Assembly (NCBI GenBank): GCA_048194085.1
Contig: DBFABM010000020.1
Span: 1,692-65,691, forward strand
Length of the DNA: 64,000 nt
Source: Collinsella aerofaciens
GTDB lineage: Bacteria; Actinomycetota; Coriobacteriia; Coriobacteriales; Coriobacteriaceae
Direction: 5' to 3'
Shown in pieces: positions 24,238 through 32,754 of the stretch (within the stretch, counting starts at the first letter, position 1; the number at the start of each line of letters is the position of its first letter). The position numbers and the translations under genes are program-made. The notes beneath the pieces were generated by a model. That model was not told where the DNA came from, made no database searches, and saw only the letters and a list, made by a program, of their open reading frames with translations.

Positions 24238-26142
24238 ATGGAACAGATTATCTTGAACATACTCGAGGCTCTGCGTCGCGGCGAGACCGTGGATGACAAA
24301 GCGCTCGTCAAACTGATACATGCCGAGGCGCGCCGTGAGGGTGCCGACAAACGCGATTTGGCCAAGCGCCGTCTGCTGCCGTTCTACCAGCGGGTTAAAC
24401 GTGAGGAGCCGGCTCGTTGGGCTGGGTGGAATGTCGATGCCGAGCTGGAACGTCAACTGCTGCAGGTGCTGCGTATGAAGCCTCGTCGCACGGCTTCGGG
24501 CGTGGCAACCATTACCGTCATCACCAAGCCGTGGCCGTGCTCGGGCGATTGCCTGTTTTGCCCCAACGACCTGCGCATGCCCAAAAGCTATTTACATGCC
24601 GAGCCGGCGTGTGCCCGTGCAGAGCAAAACTGCTTCGATCCATATCTGCAGGTGAGCGCCCGTTTGACCGCGCTTTCGCAGATGGGTCATGCGACCGATA
24701 AGATCGAGCTCATTGTGCTTGGCGGTACCTGGAGCGACTATCCGCAAGGGTATCAGATGTGGTTTATGTCGGAGCTCTTCCGCGCGCTCAATGACGATGC
24801 CGTGGCCGGCGTGGCGGCCAACCCCATGTTGGCGCGTCCGGGCATCAGCCGTGCCGAGGCAGGGCGCCTGCTCGATGACGCTCCCGCCGATGCCCTGCCG
24901 CCGGTGGTGGCGGAGCGTCGCGAACGCTATCGGGCCGTCGGTATTGCGACCGACGAGGCCGAGCTTGCGAGCGGTGTTACCGACGAGCAGGGGCGTGTGG
25001 ATGCTGCCGTGGGCGGCTATAACCGCGCGGTGCGTCGTCTGTACGGCCCTGGTACGCCGTGGGGCGAGGTTGCCGAGTGGCAAACGACAACGATGGAAGA
25101 GCTCGAGCGCCAGCAGCGCATCAACGAGACGGCGAAGCATCGTGTGGTGGGGCTCGTTATCGAGACGCGCCCCGATGCCGTAACGCCGCAGGCCCTCACG
25201 CTCATCCGCCGCCTGGGCTGCACCAAGATTCAGATGGGTATCCAGAGTCTCGACCAGCACCTGCTCGATATCAACGAGCGTCGCATTTCGGTGGCGCAGA
25301 TCGAGCGGGCGTTTTCGCTTGCGCGCCTGTTTGGCTTTAAGATCCACGCGCATTTTATGCTTAACTTGCTGGGCGCCACGCCCGAGGGGGACAAGCGCGA
25401 CTACGAGTGCTTTATGACCGAAGGGGCCTTTATGCCCGACGAGGTCAAGGTCTACCCGTGTGCGCTCATCGAGGGCTCGCGTCTGGTGGGCTGCTATGAG
25501 CGCGGCGAGTGGCGTCCCTATACCGAGGAAGAGCTGCTCGATGTGCTGGCCGACGACATCGTGGTGACGCCGGCGTTCTGCCGTATCAGTCGCATGATCC
25601 GCGACTTTAGTTCCGATGACATTATGGTGGGCAACAAGAAGCCCAACCTGCGTCAGCTCGTTGAGAACCGCCTGGTTGCTCGGGGTGACGGTGCGACGGT
25701 ACGCGAGATTCGCTATCGCGAAATCAGCACGGCGGGTGCCGACTTGCATGAGCTGACCCTTGATGAGGTCGCGTACGAGACGCCGGTGACGCACGAGCGC
25801 TTTTTGCAGTGGGTGACGCCGCAGGGCAAGATCTCGGGCTTTTTGCGGTTGTCGCTGCCCGACCATTCGTTTGTTGCCGCGCATGCGGACGAGTTGCCGA
25901 CGACGCCGGACGAGGCGATGATTCGCGAGGTACACGTGTATGGCATGGCGGCACGCGTGGGCGATCAGGGCCAGGCGGCGCAGCATCACGGGTTGGGGCG
26001 TTTGCTCGTGGAGCGTGCGTGCCATATTGCCCGGGATGCGGGTTATGCGCGTATCAACGTGATTAGCGCGATCGGTACGCGCGAGTACTATCGCCATTTG
26101 GGTTTCTACGACCACGGACTCTATCTGCAAAAGGAGCTCTAG
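24238..26142 (+). CDS. elp3: Bacterial Elp3-type radical SAM / GNAT tRNA U34 modification enzyme
   Basis: CSGDCLFC (CxxxCxxC radical SAM cluster), LIVLGGTWSDYP, VGLVIETRPD, GCTKIQMGIQSL, VKVYPCALIEGS, IREVHVYG. C-terminal GNAT (QHHGLGRLLVERA). Confidence 0.85.
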   Translation: MEQIILNILEALRRGETVDDKALVKLIHAEARREGADKRDLAKRRLLPFYQRVKREEPARWAGWNVDAELERQLLQVLRMKPRRTASGVATITVITKPWPCSGDCLFCPNDLRMPKSYLHAEPACARAEQNCFDPYLQVSARLTALSQMGHATDKIELIVLGGTWSDYPQGYQMWFMSELFRALNDDAVAGVAANPMLARPGISRAEAGRLLDDAPADALPPVVAERRERYRAVGIATDEAELASGVTDEQGRVDAAVGGYNRAVRRLYGPGTPWGEVAEWQTTTMEELERQQRINETAKHRVVGLVIETRPDAVTPQALTLIRRLGCTKIQMGIQSLDQHLLDINERRISVAQIERAFSLARLFGFKIHAHFMLNLLGATPEGDKRDYECFMTEGAFMPDEVKVYPCALIEGSRLVGCYERGEWRPYTEEELLDVLADDIVVTPAFCRISRMIRDFSSDDIMVGNKKPNLRQLVENRLVARGDGATVREIRYREISTAGADLHELTLDEVAYETPVTHERFLQWVTPQGKISGFLRLSLPDHSFVAAHADELPTTPDEAMIREVHVYGMAARVGDQGQAAQHHGLGRLLVERACHIARDAGYARINVISAIGTREYYRHLGFYDHGLYLQKEL

Positions 26143-27021
26143 ATGAACAAGCCGAGTGTTTCTGCCGGCGTCGTTGCCGGCGTTGCCCTGGGAGCCGCGG
26201 CGCTAGGTGCGGCCGCCGTCGCTGTTCGTGCTGCCTGTTTGCAGGTCGCGCGTACCCGCAACGGCCTAGCGCGTGTGAAGCGTGTGCACGACGAGAGCGG
26301 TGACGAGGTCCGCGTGCTCGTGCAGGGCGGCGTCTACCAAAGCGCAAGCTATGTCGGTGAGCGTTGGGCCGAGCCGGTCTTTGCGTACTATTACGCGTTC
26401 GACGATGTGTTTGAGGCCGAGGACGCAATGCATGACGCTTATGGTCACGGTATCGACCGCATGCTTGTGCTGGGCGGCGGCGGGTTTGCCTATCCTAAGT
26501 TCGCTCTGATGTCGCACGAGGGTTTGCGCATGGACGTCATCGAGTATGACGGAGAGATTACGCGCCTGGCGCGCCGCTGGTTCTACCTAGACGAGCTGGA
26601 GCGCGCGGCGGGCGACCGCCTGCGGGTGATTACCGCTGAGGCTCGCTCGTATCTGGGCGTGACGAGCGTGGGCCATCGTCGCTACGACGTGGTCGTGAGC
26701 GATTGCTTTGGCGGTGCCGAGCCCGTACGCGAGCTGGCGACGGTTGAAGCGTTGCGCCTGGTGCGGGGCAGCCTGAACCCCGGGGGTATCTACGTGGCCA
26801 ATATCGTGAGCGCAAACGAGGGGAGCGATGTGACGTTCCTGCGCGACTGTGCCGCCACGGCGCTTGAGGTGTTCGACCATGCTTGGGTGGTCCCATGTGG
26901 CGATGCAGAGTTCGGCGGCGAGGAGAATTATCTGCTCATCGCCAGCGACGGCGACTACGCCTTTGCCGAAGCTGTGCCCTTCGACACCGACTTCCTCGGC
27001 ACTGTCCTTCACGACAAGTAA
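26143..27021 (+). CDS. Spermidine-synthase-fold (class I SAM-dependent) protein with N-terminal membrane anchor
   Basis: ATG directly abuts the Elp3 stop (TAGATG). TM segment AGVVAGVALGAAALGAAAVAV. MLVLGGGGFAYPKF glycine motif. YDVVVSDCFGG and GGIYVANI. Confidence 0.65.
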   Translation: MNKPSVSAGVVAGVALGAAALGAAAVAVRAACLQVARTRNGLARVKRVHDESGDEVRVLVQGGVYQSASYVGERWAEPVFAYYYAFDDVFEAEDAMHDAYGHGIDRMLVLGGGGFAYPKFALMSHEGLRMDVIEYDGEITRLARRWFYLDELERAAGDRLRVITAEARSYLGVTSVGHRRYDVVVSDCFGGAEPVRELATVEALRLVRGSLNPGGIYVANIVSANEGSDVTFLRDCAATALEVFDHAWVVPCGDAEFGGEENYLLIASDGDYAFAEAVPFDTDFLGTVLHDK

Positions 27022-27048
27022 GTCTCCCCGTCCCAAAAAAGACTGGTT

Positions 27049-29493
27049 TTATGTGTGGTCGCGCCAGCTGCGGACGCGCTGCCTCATGCCCCCTATGTCG
27101 AGCACGCCTTCGGCAAAGCCCTTGCGTACGAGCTCTTCGGGAACAAACTCGTCATAGCGGTCAAAGTAAGGCACCTCGCCGGGATAGACGAGCTTGATGG
27201 GGTCGAAGTCCTTCTCGGCCTCGGCGGCGAGAACCTCAAAGAACATCTCCTCGTCGGCCTTCATCTTAAACTGCATAAAGTACGGGCGTGACGGGTCGAG
27301 CCCGCGAAGACCCAGCTCCGCGGCACATTTAATCTTGAGCATACGTTCGAGCGCCAGAAAGGCGTAGCTGCCCAACCAGGGGAAGAGCACCCAGGTATCG
27401 CCGCCCAGGTTGATGAGTGGCTTGGTCCCTGCGCCCGAAATCTCGGCCATATGGCGAGCCTGCGCCAAGCGGGCCCGCGCGTTACCCATAAGGTACGGAT
27501 ATGCCGCGTGCTCGTTGAGCGCCTTGCGCATGCGCTCGAGTACATGTGTGTTGATATCACCGGGGCAGTCGCCAAAGTAGGCCGGCACACGGCCCTTGAC
27601 CTGCGTGGCAAAGACGGTGTGACGCTTCCAGTCCACTTCCTCGACAATCCAGCAATGGCCGGCGATGGCAATGCGCTCACCGGGCGGGGGCGGGTTGACA
27701 ATCGTGCCCAGCTCGGCCGATTCGCTGCGAACGGTGAACTCCTCGTTTTCCTGGAACACGGCGTAGAACTTAAAGTTGTTGATGATGCGCTCGCCCGCGA
27801 GACCCACGATGAGTCCGCCGCCCTCGGTGACTTGGATATGGTCGATCTTAATGAGGTGACGCAGCAGTACGCGATAGTCATCGGCCGAGATGCGATGGAA
27901 ATAGCTGAGTGTGAGCACGCGCTGGGCAAGCTCTGCCGGCGTGAGCTCGCCGGTGCTGGCAAGCGTCGACATAGTCTGGTGGTAGAGTAGGCTGTAGGGG
28001 AGTCGATCGAGCTCGGGCGGCTCGACCCACTTATCCTCGCGATAGAGTTGTACGAGCGCGATACCCTGCAGGAGCTTCCACGGAATGGTTTCGGGCATCA
28101 TCGTGCGCGGCTCGGGCTCTTCCTCGCGCATGACAAACCACATCTCGGGCGGAAGATCGCGGCGTCCCGTGCGCCCCATGCGCTGCAAAAAGGAGCTGAC
28201 GGTAAACGGTGCATCGATCTGGAACGCGCGCTCCAGGCGACCGATGTCAATGCCGAGCTCCAGCGTGGAGGTGGTGACGGTTGTCTGTGCCTGTTCCTCG
28301 TCGCGCATGAGCTCCTCGGCGGTCTCGCGTAGCGATGCCGAGAGGTTGCCATGATGGATAAGGAAGCGGTCGGGCTCGTGCCGGCTTTCGCAGTAGCTGC
28401 GCAGCATGGAGCATACGGCCTCTGCCTCCTCGCGCGAGTTGGCAAAGACCAGGCACTTGCGGCCGCGGGTATGTTCAAAGATGTAGCCCATACCGGGGTC
28501 GGCGTTGTCGGGTGCGGTGTCGGTGGGGTTGAGCAGTGCCTGTTCGGTTGCCTGCGGGATGTCGACTTCGCCCTCGGGGGCTGAGGAAGTGCGACTGTCC
28601 TTGGGGGCAGCCTTGCCCCGTGCCTGCTCGCGACGTTGGCGGCGTTCCTCCTGTGGGAGTTGCCCGCTAGGGCGCATGCCTTGGGTGCTGACGGGCAGTG
28701 CCGCGGGTGGTGCCGTCTCAATGCGCTCGCATGCGAGCACCTCAGCTTCCTGCGGACCTGTGCTCTCGAATCCTCGCTGCTGTGCCTGGGGACCCGAGTT
28801 GTAGAAGTGCTCCATGGAGATGCGCCACACGCGGCGCGGCTCTTCAAAGCGTGGGATAACGCAGTCGCGCCCCGTTCCCTGTGAGAGAAAGGCACCCGTG
28901 CGCTCGGGGTCGCCGATGGTGGCCGAAAGGCCAATGCGTCGAGGTTGCACGCCGGCCATGCGCGAGAGTCGCTCGATAAGGCAGAGCGTCTGCCCGCCAC
29001 GGTCGCCGCGCATGAGCGAGTGGACCTCATCGATGACCACATAGCGCAGGTCGCAAAACATGCGCGGGATCGCCATGTGCTTATGGATTAAGAGCGCCTC
29101 GAGTGACTCGGGCGTAATCTGCAAGATGCCGTTCGGTTTTTTGATGAGCTTAGCCTTGTGCGACTGCGAGACATCGCCATGCCAGTGCCAGACAGGGATA
29201 TCGGCCTCTTCGCAGAGGTCATTGAGACGGACGAATTGATCATTGATGAGTGCCTTGAGGGGGCCAATGTAGAGGGCACCAACGCTTGCGGGCGGGTTCT
29301 CCCAAAACTCGGTCAGGATGGGAAAGAAGGCCGCTTCGGTTTTGCCGGAAGCTGTGGATGCCGTTAGGAGCACATTGTCTTGTGTGTTAAAGATGGCGTC
29401 TGCCGCCGCAACCTGGATAGAGCGCAGGCTCTCCCAATCGTGGGAGTAGATGAAGTCTTGGATAAACGGGGCGTAGCGGTCAAAGGCGTTCAC
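27049..29493 (-). CDS. Lhr/BrxHI-like DEAD/DEAH helicase; third gene of the TerB-ATPase-helicase (Shango SngC-like) operon
   Basis: Start set at GTG 29493, 4 nt after GAGAGGAGG (the TTG at 29535 is less likely). TASGKTEAAF, VIDEVH, LSATIG, TSTLELGIDIG, QRMGRTGRR. Contains a ~100-aa low-complexity insert. Confidence 0.85.
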   Translation of the reverse strand: MNAFDRYAPFIQDFIYSHDWESLRSIQVAAADAIFNTQDNVLLTASTASGKTEAAFFPILTEFWENPPASVGALYIGPLKALINDQFVRLNDLCEEADIPVWHWHGDVSQSHKAKLIKKPNGILQITPESLEALLIHKHMAIPRMFCDLRYVVIDEVHSLMRGDRGGQTLCLIERLSRMAGVQPRRIGLSATIGDPERTGAFLSQGTGRDCVIPRFEEPRRVWRISMEHFYNSGPQAQQRGFESTGPQEAEVLACERIETAPPAALPVSTQGMRPSGQLPQEERRQRREQARGKAAPKDSRTSSAPEGEVDIPQATEQALLNPTDTAPDNADPGMGYIFEHTRGRKCLVFANSREEAEAVCSMLRSYCESRHEPDRFLIHHGNLSASLRETAEELMRDEEQAQTTVTTSTLELGIDIGRLERAFQIDAPFTVSSFLQRMGRTGRRDLPPEMWFVMREEEPEPRTMMPETIPWKLLQGIALVQLYREDKWVEPPELDRLPYSLLYHQTMSTLASTGELTPAELAQRVLTLSYFHRISADDYRVLLRHLIKIDHIQVTEGGGLIVGLAGERIINNFKFYAVFQENEEFTVRSESAELGTIVNPPPPGERIAIAGHCWIVEEVDWKRHTVFATQVKGRVPAYFGDCPGDINTHVLERMRKALNEHAAYPYLMGNARARLAQARHMAEISGAGTKPLINLGGDTWVLFPWLGSYAFLALERMLKIKCAAELGLRGLDPSRPYFMQFKMKADEEMFFEVLAAEAEKDFDPIKLVYPGEVPYFDRYDEFVPEELVRKGFAEGVLDIGGMRQRVRSWRDHT

Positions 29494-29574
29494 GGGGCCT
29501 CCTCTCAAAAACGAATCTCTCAACGCGGCTGGCAACGGCTTGCTGCATTACAGTCTCAACGTTCGCCCAGATAA

Positions 29575-29611
29575 AACCTGCCAAAATAAACCTGTCCCTT
29601 TTTGGCAGGTT
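29575..29611 (-). terminator. Intra-operon hairpin (attenuator/terminator-like) overlapping the ATPase stop codon
   Basis: On the minus strand AACCTGCCAAAA..(13 nt)..TTTTGGCAGGTT followed by TTAT. Lies between the ATPase and helicase genes. Confidence 0.45.
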
Positions 29612-30914
29612 AGATGGTGAATTCGGCGAAGCTACGGTCGCCGCCTGCGGTGCCGGTGTCGCCTGTTGCTGCTGCCGGCACCAGCGCGTCGCCGCCGACG
29701 CTTTGCAGCAGCTCGGCTACGTTGGCGTCGGGGTTTTGGCATAGGATGTCGAGCAGCTCGATAAAGTCGCGAATGACTTCACGCGGCGTCAGATGTGTGT
29801 CGGCTCCCACACGACCGAACTCGATCTTGAGGAAGTCCACCAAGTCGTTCTCGGTAAGCGTGGGCGTCCAGCCAAAGTAGCCGGCGTGAATTTGCATGAG
29901 TTTTTCGATCAGCACCAGCAGCTCCTCGTAGGTGAGTGGCTGCAGACGGATGATGGGCGCGAGCATGTCCTTAAGGTCCTCGCGTGCAAAGCGGCCTTGA
30001 GCGAGTCGGCTGCGCAGGGCCTCGTAGGAGAACACGCCGCGGCGGCGGTCTTCGATGGAGGTTGGCGTGCCGCCCATGATCATGCCCAGGTACTGCGCCT
30101 TGCCCTGGAGTGTGTCGTTGTACATGGTCAGGATCTTCTCGTAGTTGTACTGGCGCGTGATCGCGTTGGGAATCTTATACAGATTCACGAGCTCGTCGAT
30201 GAGCACCAACATACCCTTGTAGCCGCTGCAGACCAAAAAACGCGCGATGAGCTTAACGTAGTCGTACCAGTCGTCGTCGCTGATGATGGTCGAGGAGCCC
30301 AGCTCGGCGCGAGCCTCGCTCTTGGTACGGTATTCGCCGCGGATCCATTTGGTCACGCGGCTCATGGCTTCTTCGTCGCCCTCGGATACGGCCGTGCGAT
30401 AGCGGCGGAGCATGCGGGTGAAGTCGAAGCCGTGGACCATTTCCTCGAGCGGGGCCAGTTGGGCATTGACGACCGACTCGTCGACGTCGGCGCACGAGGC
30501 GACCCAGCGATCAAGAATAAGGTTGAGCGCACCGCCCTCGGGGCGCGTCTTGGTCGATATATTGCGTATGAGCTCGCGGTAGGTGGCAAGGCCCTGCCCC
30601 TGACCGCCTTGCAGGCGGCGCTCGGGCGACAGGTCGGCATCAGCGACGACGAATCCCTCGCCCATGGCGTGCGTGCGGATGGTCTGGAGCAAAAAGCTCT
30701 TGCCGGCGCCGTAGCGACCGACCAGGAAGCGGAAACTCGCCCCACCGTCGGCGATGAGACTCAGATCGGTGAGCAGGGCGCGGATCTCGACCTCGCGCCC
30801 TACGGTAATGTAGGGAAGGCCGATGCGCGGGACCACGCCGCCCTTGAGCGAGTTGAGAATGACGGCAGCGACGCGCTTGGGCACGCGGGGTGCTGCGGAT
30901 GCGGTATCACTCAT
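29610..30914 (-). CDS. DUF2791/BrxD-type P-loop ATPase (Shango SngB-like)
   Basis: GRYGAGKSF Walker A, MLVLIDELV Walker B. N-terminal LNSLKGGVVPRIGLPYITVGRE typical of BrxD-like ATPases. Start overlaps the upstream gene by 8 nt. Confidence 0.8.
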   Translation of the reverse strand: MSDTASAAPRVPKRVAAVILNSLKGGVVPRIGLPYITVGREVEIRALLTDLSLIADGGASFRFLVGRYGAGKSFLLQTIRTHAMGEGFVVADADLSPERRLQGGQGQGLATYRELIRNISTKTRPEGGALNLILDRWVASCADVDESVVNAQLAPLEEMVHGFDFTRMLRRYRTAVSEGDEEAMSRVTKWIRGEYRTKSEARAELGSSTIISDDDWYDYVKLIARFLVCSGYKGMLVLIDELVNLYKIPNAITRQYNYEKILTMYNDTLQGKAQYLGMIMGGTPTSIEDRRRGVFSYEALRSRLAQGRFAREDLKDMLAPIIRLQPLTYEELLVLIEKLMQIHAGYFGWTPTLTENDLVDFLKIEFGRVGADTHLTPREVIRDFIELLDILCQNPDANVAELLQSVGGDALVPAAATGDTGTAGGDRSFAEFTI

Positions 30915-32667
30915 GGTCTAGGTATCCTCTCACGTCTGCTTCGTAGTCCTCAATAATCTGCGGCCCTGCCGCGCTAAATTCAATTACGGTGTCGCCCACC
31001 AGGTCAAAGAGCGCCTCGTTGATGGTATCGACGAGCATGTCCTCGCTCTGCCCCGATTGCACTACCGCCGATTCCGCCTGTACTGCGTTGTGCTCGAGCA
31101 GTGCGCTGAGATAGGCGTTTGCGGCAGGCGCGAGTTCGTTTGTGGCGTCAGCGGGCGCAGCAGCCGCGAACGCGGGCGTCGGCGCGAGAAGCGGTGCCAA
31201 GACACCAAACTGTTCGGTGGATATGGTCGGCTCGTCGGTCAAGTCCTGCCGAATGGGTGCCACGACCGGTTCGACAATCGCGTCGGCTACGGGCTCGGCT
31301 TCCGGTTGCCCTGAGTCCGCTGCCTCGGCTTCTGCGGATGCGTCGTCCTCGCGCTCTTCGTCGATCAAAAGCGCTTCGCGCGTTTGCGCAGCGGCGCTCC
31401 GAATGTGCCCCAGCTGACTCAGATCGATATCGATCTTGACGGGCTGGTGTGCGGCGTCCCACGAAAGCCATGCCACAATCTCGTCATCGATAATCTTGGC
31501 CAGATATTTGGGGACCTTTTCTTCCTTAAGGGGATGGGCGGGGTCCAGCGCCAGGCGCAGGCGTTGGTCGCAGGCGCGCATCATTTCACCGAGCTTGCTG
31601 CTCTTTTGCCTACTACCGTGGATACGCATGCATTCCCAAAAGCCGTTTTGGCAACGGTAGATATGGATAGGATCCAGGCGGTATTCGCAGTCCTCGTGGC
31701 GCTCGGGCGCAAAGAATACGGCCGAGGCAAACATGGTGTAGGGCATGGCCGTCTCCTCCCCAAATAAACTCGCCACGATGCCGGTCTTTCGGTGCGTGTC
31801 ATAGTAGCGCGCCATACGGACATACACGGCGCATGCCACGTGGCGCAGATCGCGGTGGTGGCTGCGGTCGAGCCGCGAGTTACTTAGGTTGTACGTGGAG
31901 AGGGCGTTGATGGCGGCCATGAGTCGCTCCTCGCGCACCTCATCGGGCGGAAGGGGGAGCGTGGGCTCGGAGGTTTTGCGACGTTTGGGGGTCTGGCCGG
32001 ACGGTGCCGGTGCCGGTACAAGGTCTCGTGCCGCGCGCCGCAGCTCGATAAGGGCGTTATCGAACATGACGGTTTTAGAGTCGCGAAGCAGCTTGGGGTC
32101 GAGCCCATGGAATACGGCGTAATCCTGCAACCACACGCGTGCAAACCGATCGATGCCGGGCTCGAAGGCGCGATAGGCATCCCAAAAAGCCTTGATCTTG
32201 TTAAAACCATCGAGCGGGTCATCTACGCCAATGCCGCAAATCAGCTCATAGAGATACAGAAAGGCAAAGGACGTAGACGTTTCCTCGACAGTTCCGCGGC
32301 GCACTTGGGCGCGCCAGGTAAAATAGCCGCGCAGCTGCCGATCGCTCATGGCGTTGTAGGTGGGAAAGTACGACTTAAAGGTGCCGTTGTAGGGGCAGTC
32401 GTCTTCAAAGTCGGCCATCAGCAGGCCTTGGCGGTAGAAAAGCTCGGCTTCCGAAAGCCAACGGCCCGCGCCGCCCTTGGGGTCATCCTGCCAGCGCGAT
32501 ATCTCGCGCATTTTACGGTACTGATCGGGGAGGAAATTCTGCATCTGTCGGCCGGTCTTGAGAATCGGCTCGTCTGCGTAGACCTCATGTGAGAAGCGAG
32601 CGGACTGATGGGTCCGGGCCTCGGCCATAATGCGCTCGATGAGCATCTTGATGTCCTGGTCGGCCAC
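30907..32667 (-). CDS. TerB-N / TerB-C domain protein (Shango SngA-like)
   Basis: GTG 32667 after GAGGAGGAG. N-terminal half is TerB-N-like (YFTWRAQVRRG, FAFLYLYELI). Acidic/Ala-rich linker. C-terminus MLVDTINEALFDLVGDTVIE..IIEDYE is TerB-C-like. Confidence 0.75.
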   Translation of the reverse strand: MADQDIKMLIERIMAEARTHQSARFSHEVYADEPILKTGRQMQNFLPDQYRKMREISRWQDDPKGGAGRWLSEAELFYRQGLLMADFEDDCPYNGTFKSYFPTYNAMSDRQLRGYFTWRAQVRRGTVEETSTSFAFLYLYELICGIGVDDPLDGFNKIKAFWDAYRAFEPGIDRFARVWLQDYAVFHGLDPKLLRDSKTVMFDNALIELRRAARDLVPAPAPSGQTPKRRKTSEPTLPLPPDEVREERLMAAINALSTYNLSNSRLDRSHHRDLRHVACAVYVRMARYYDTHRKTGIVASLFGEETAMPYTMFASAVFFAPERHEDCEYRLDPIHIYRCQNGFWECMRIHGSRQKSSKLGEMMRACDQRLRLALDPAHPLKEEKVPKYLAKIIDDEIVAWLSWDAAHQPVKIDIDLSQLGHIRSAAAQTREALLIDEEREDDASAEAEAADSGQPEAEPVADAIVEPVVAPIRQDLTDEPTISTEQFGVLAPLLAPTPAFAAAAPADATNELAPAANAYLSALLEHNAVQAESAVVQSGQSEDMLVDTINEALFDLVGDTVIEFSAAGPQIIEDYEADVRGYLDHE

Positions 32668-32754
32668 CGCTCCTCCTCTCGAACGCAGCTACGGCGACCT
32701 CATATCATAGCACAGCATCAAACAGATGTTCGAGATACCGCTGCGTTGATAGAT

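Noticed and set aside
24592-26130. 512-aa minus-strand ORF antisense to Elp3 (similar cases: 53374-54594 vs hom, 29793-30956 vs the ATPase, 6291-7592 vs pdxS, 21349-22236 vs the methyltransferase, 45234-46445 vs the DMT gene, 15429-16325 vs DUF2130)
   Set aside because: All are opposite-strand shadows of well-supported genes. They lack start context and family motifs and have Arg/Gly/Ala/His-rich compositions.
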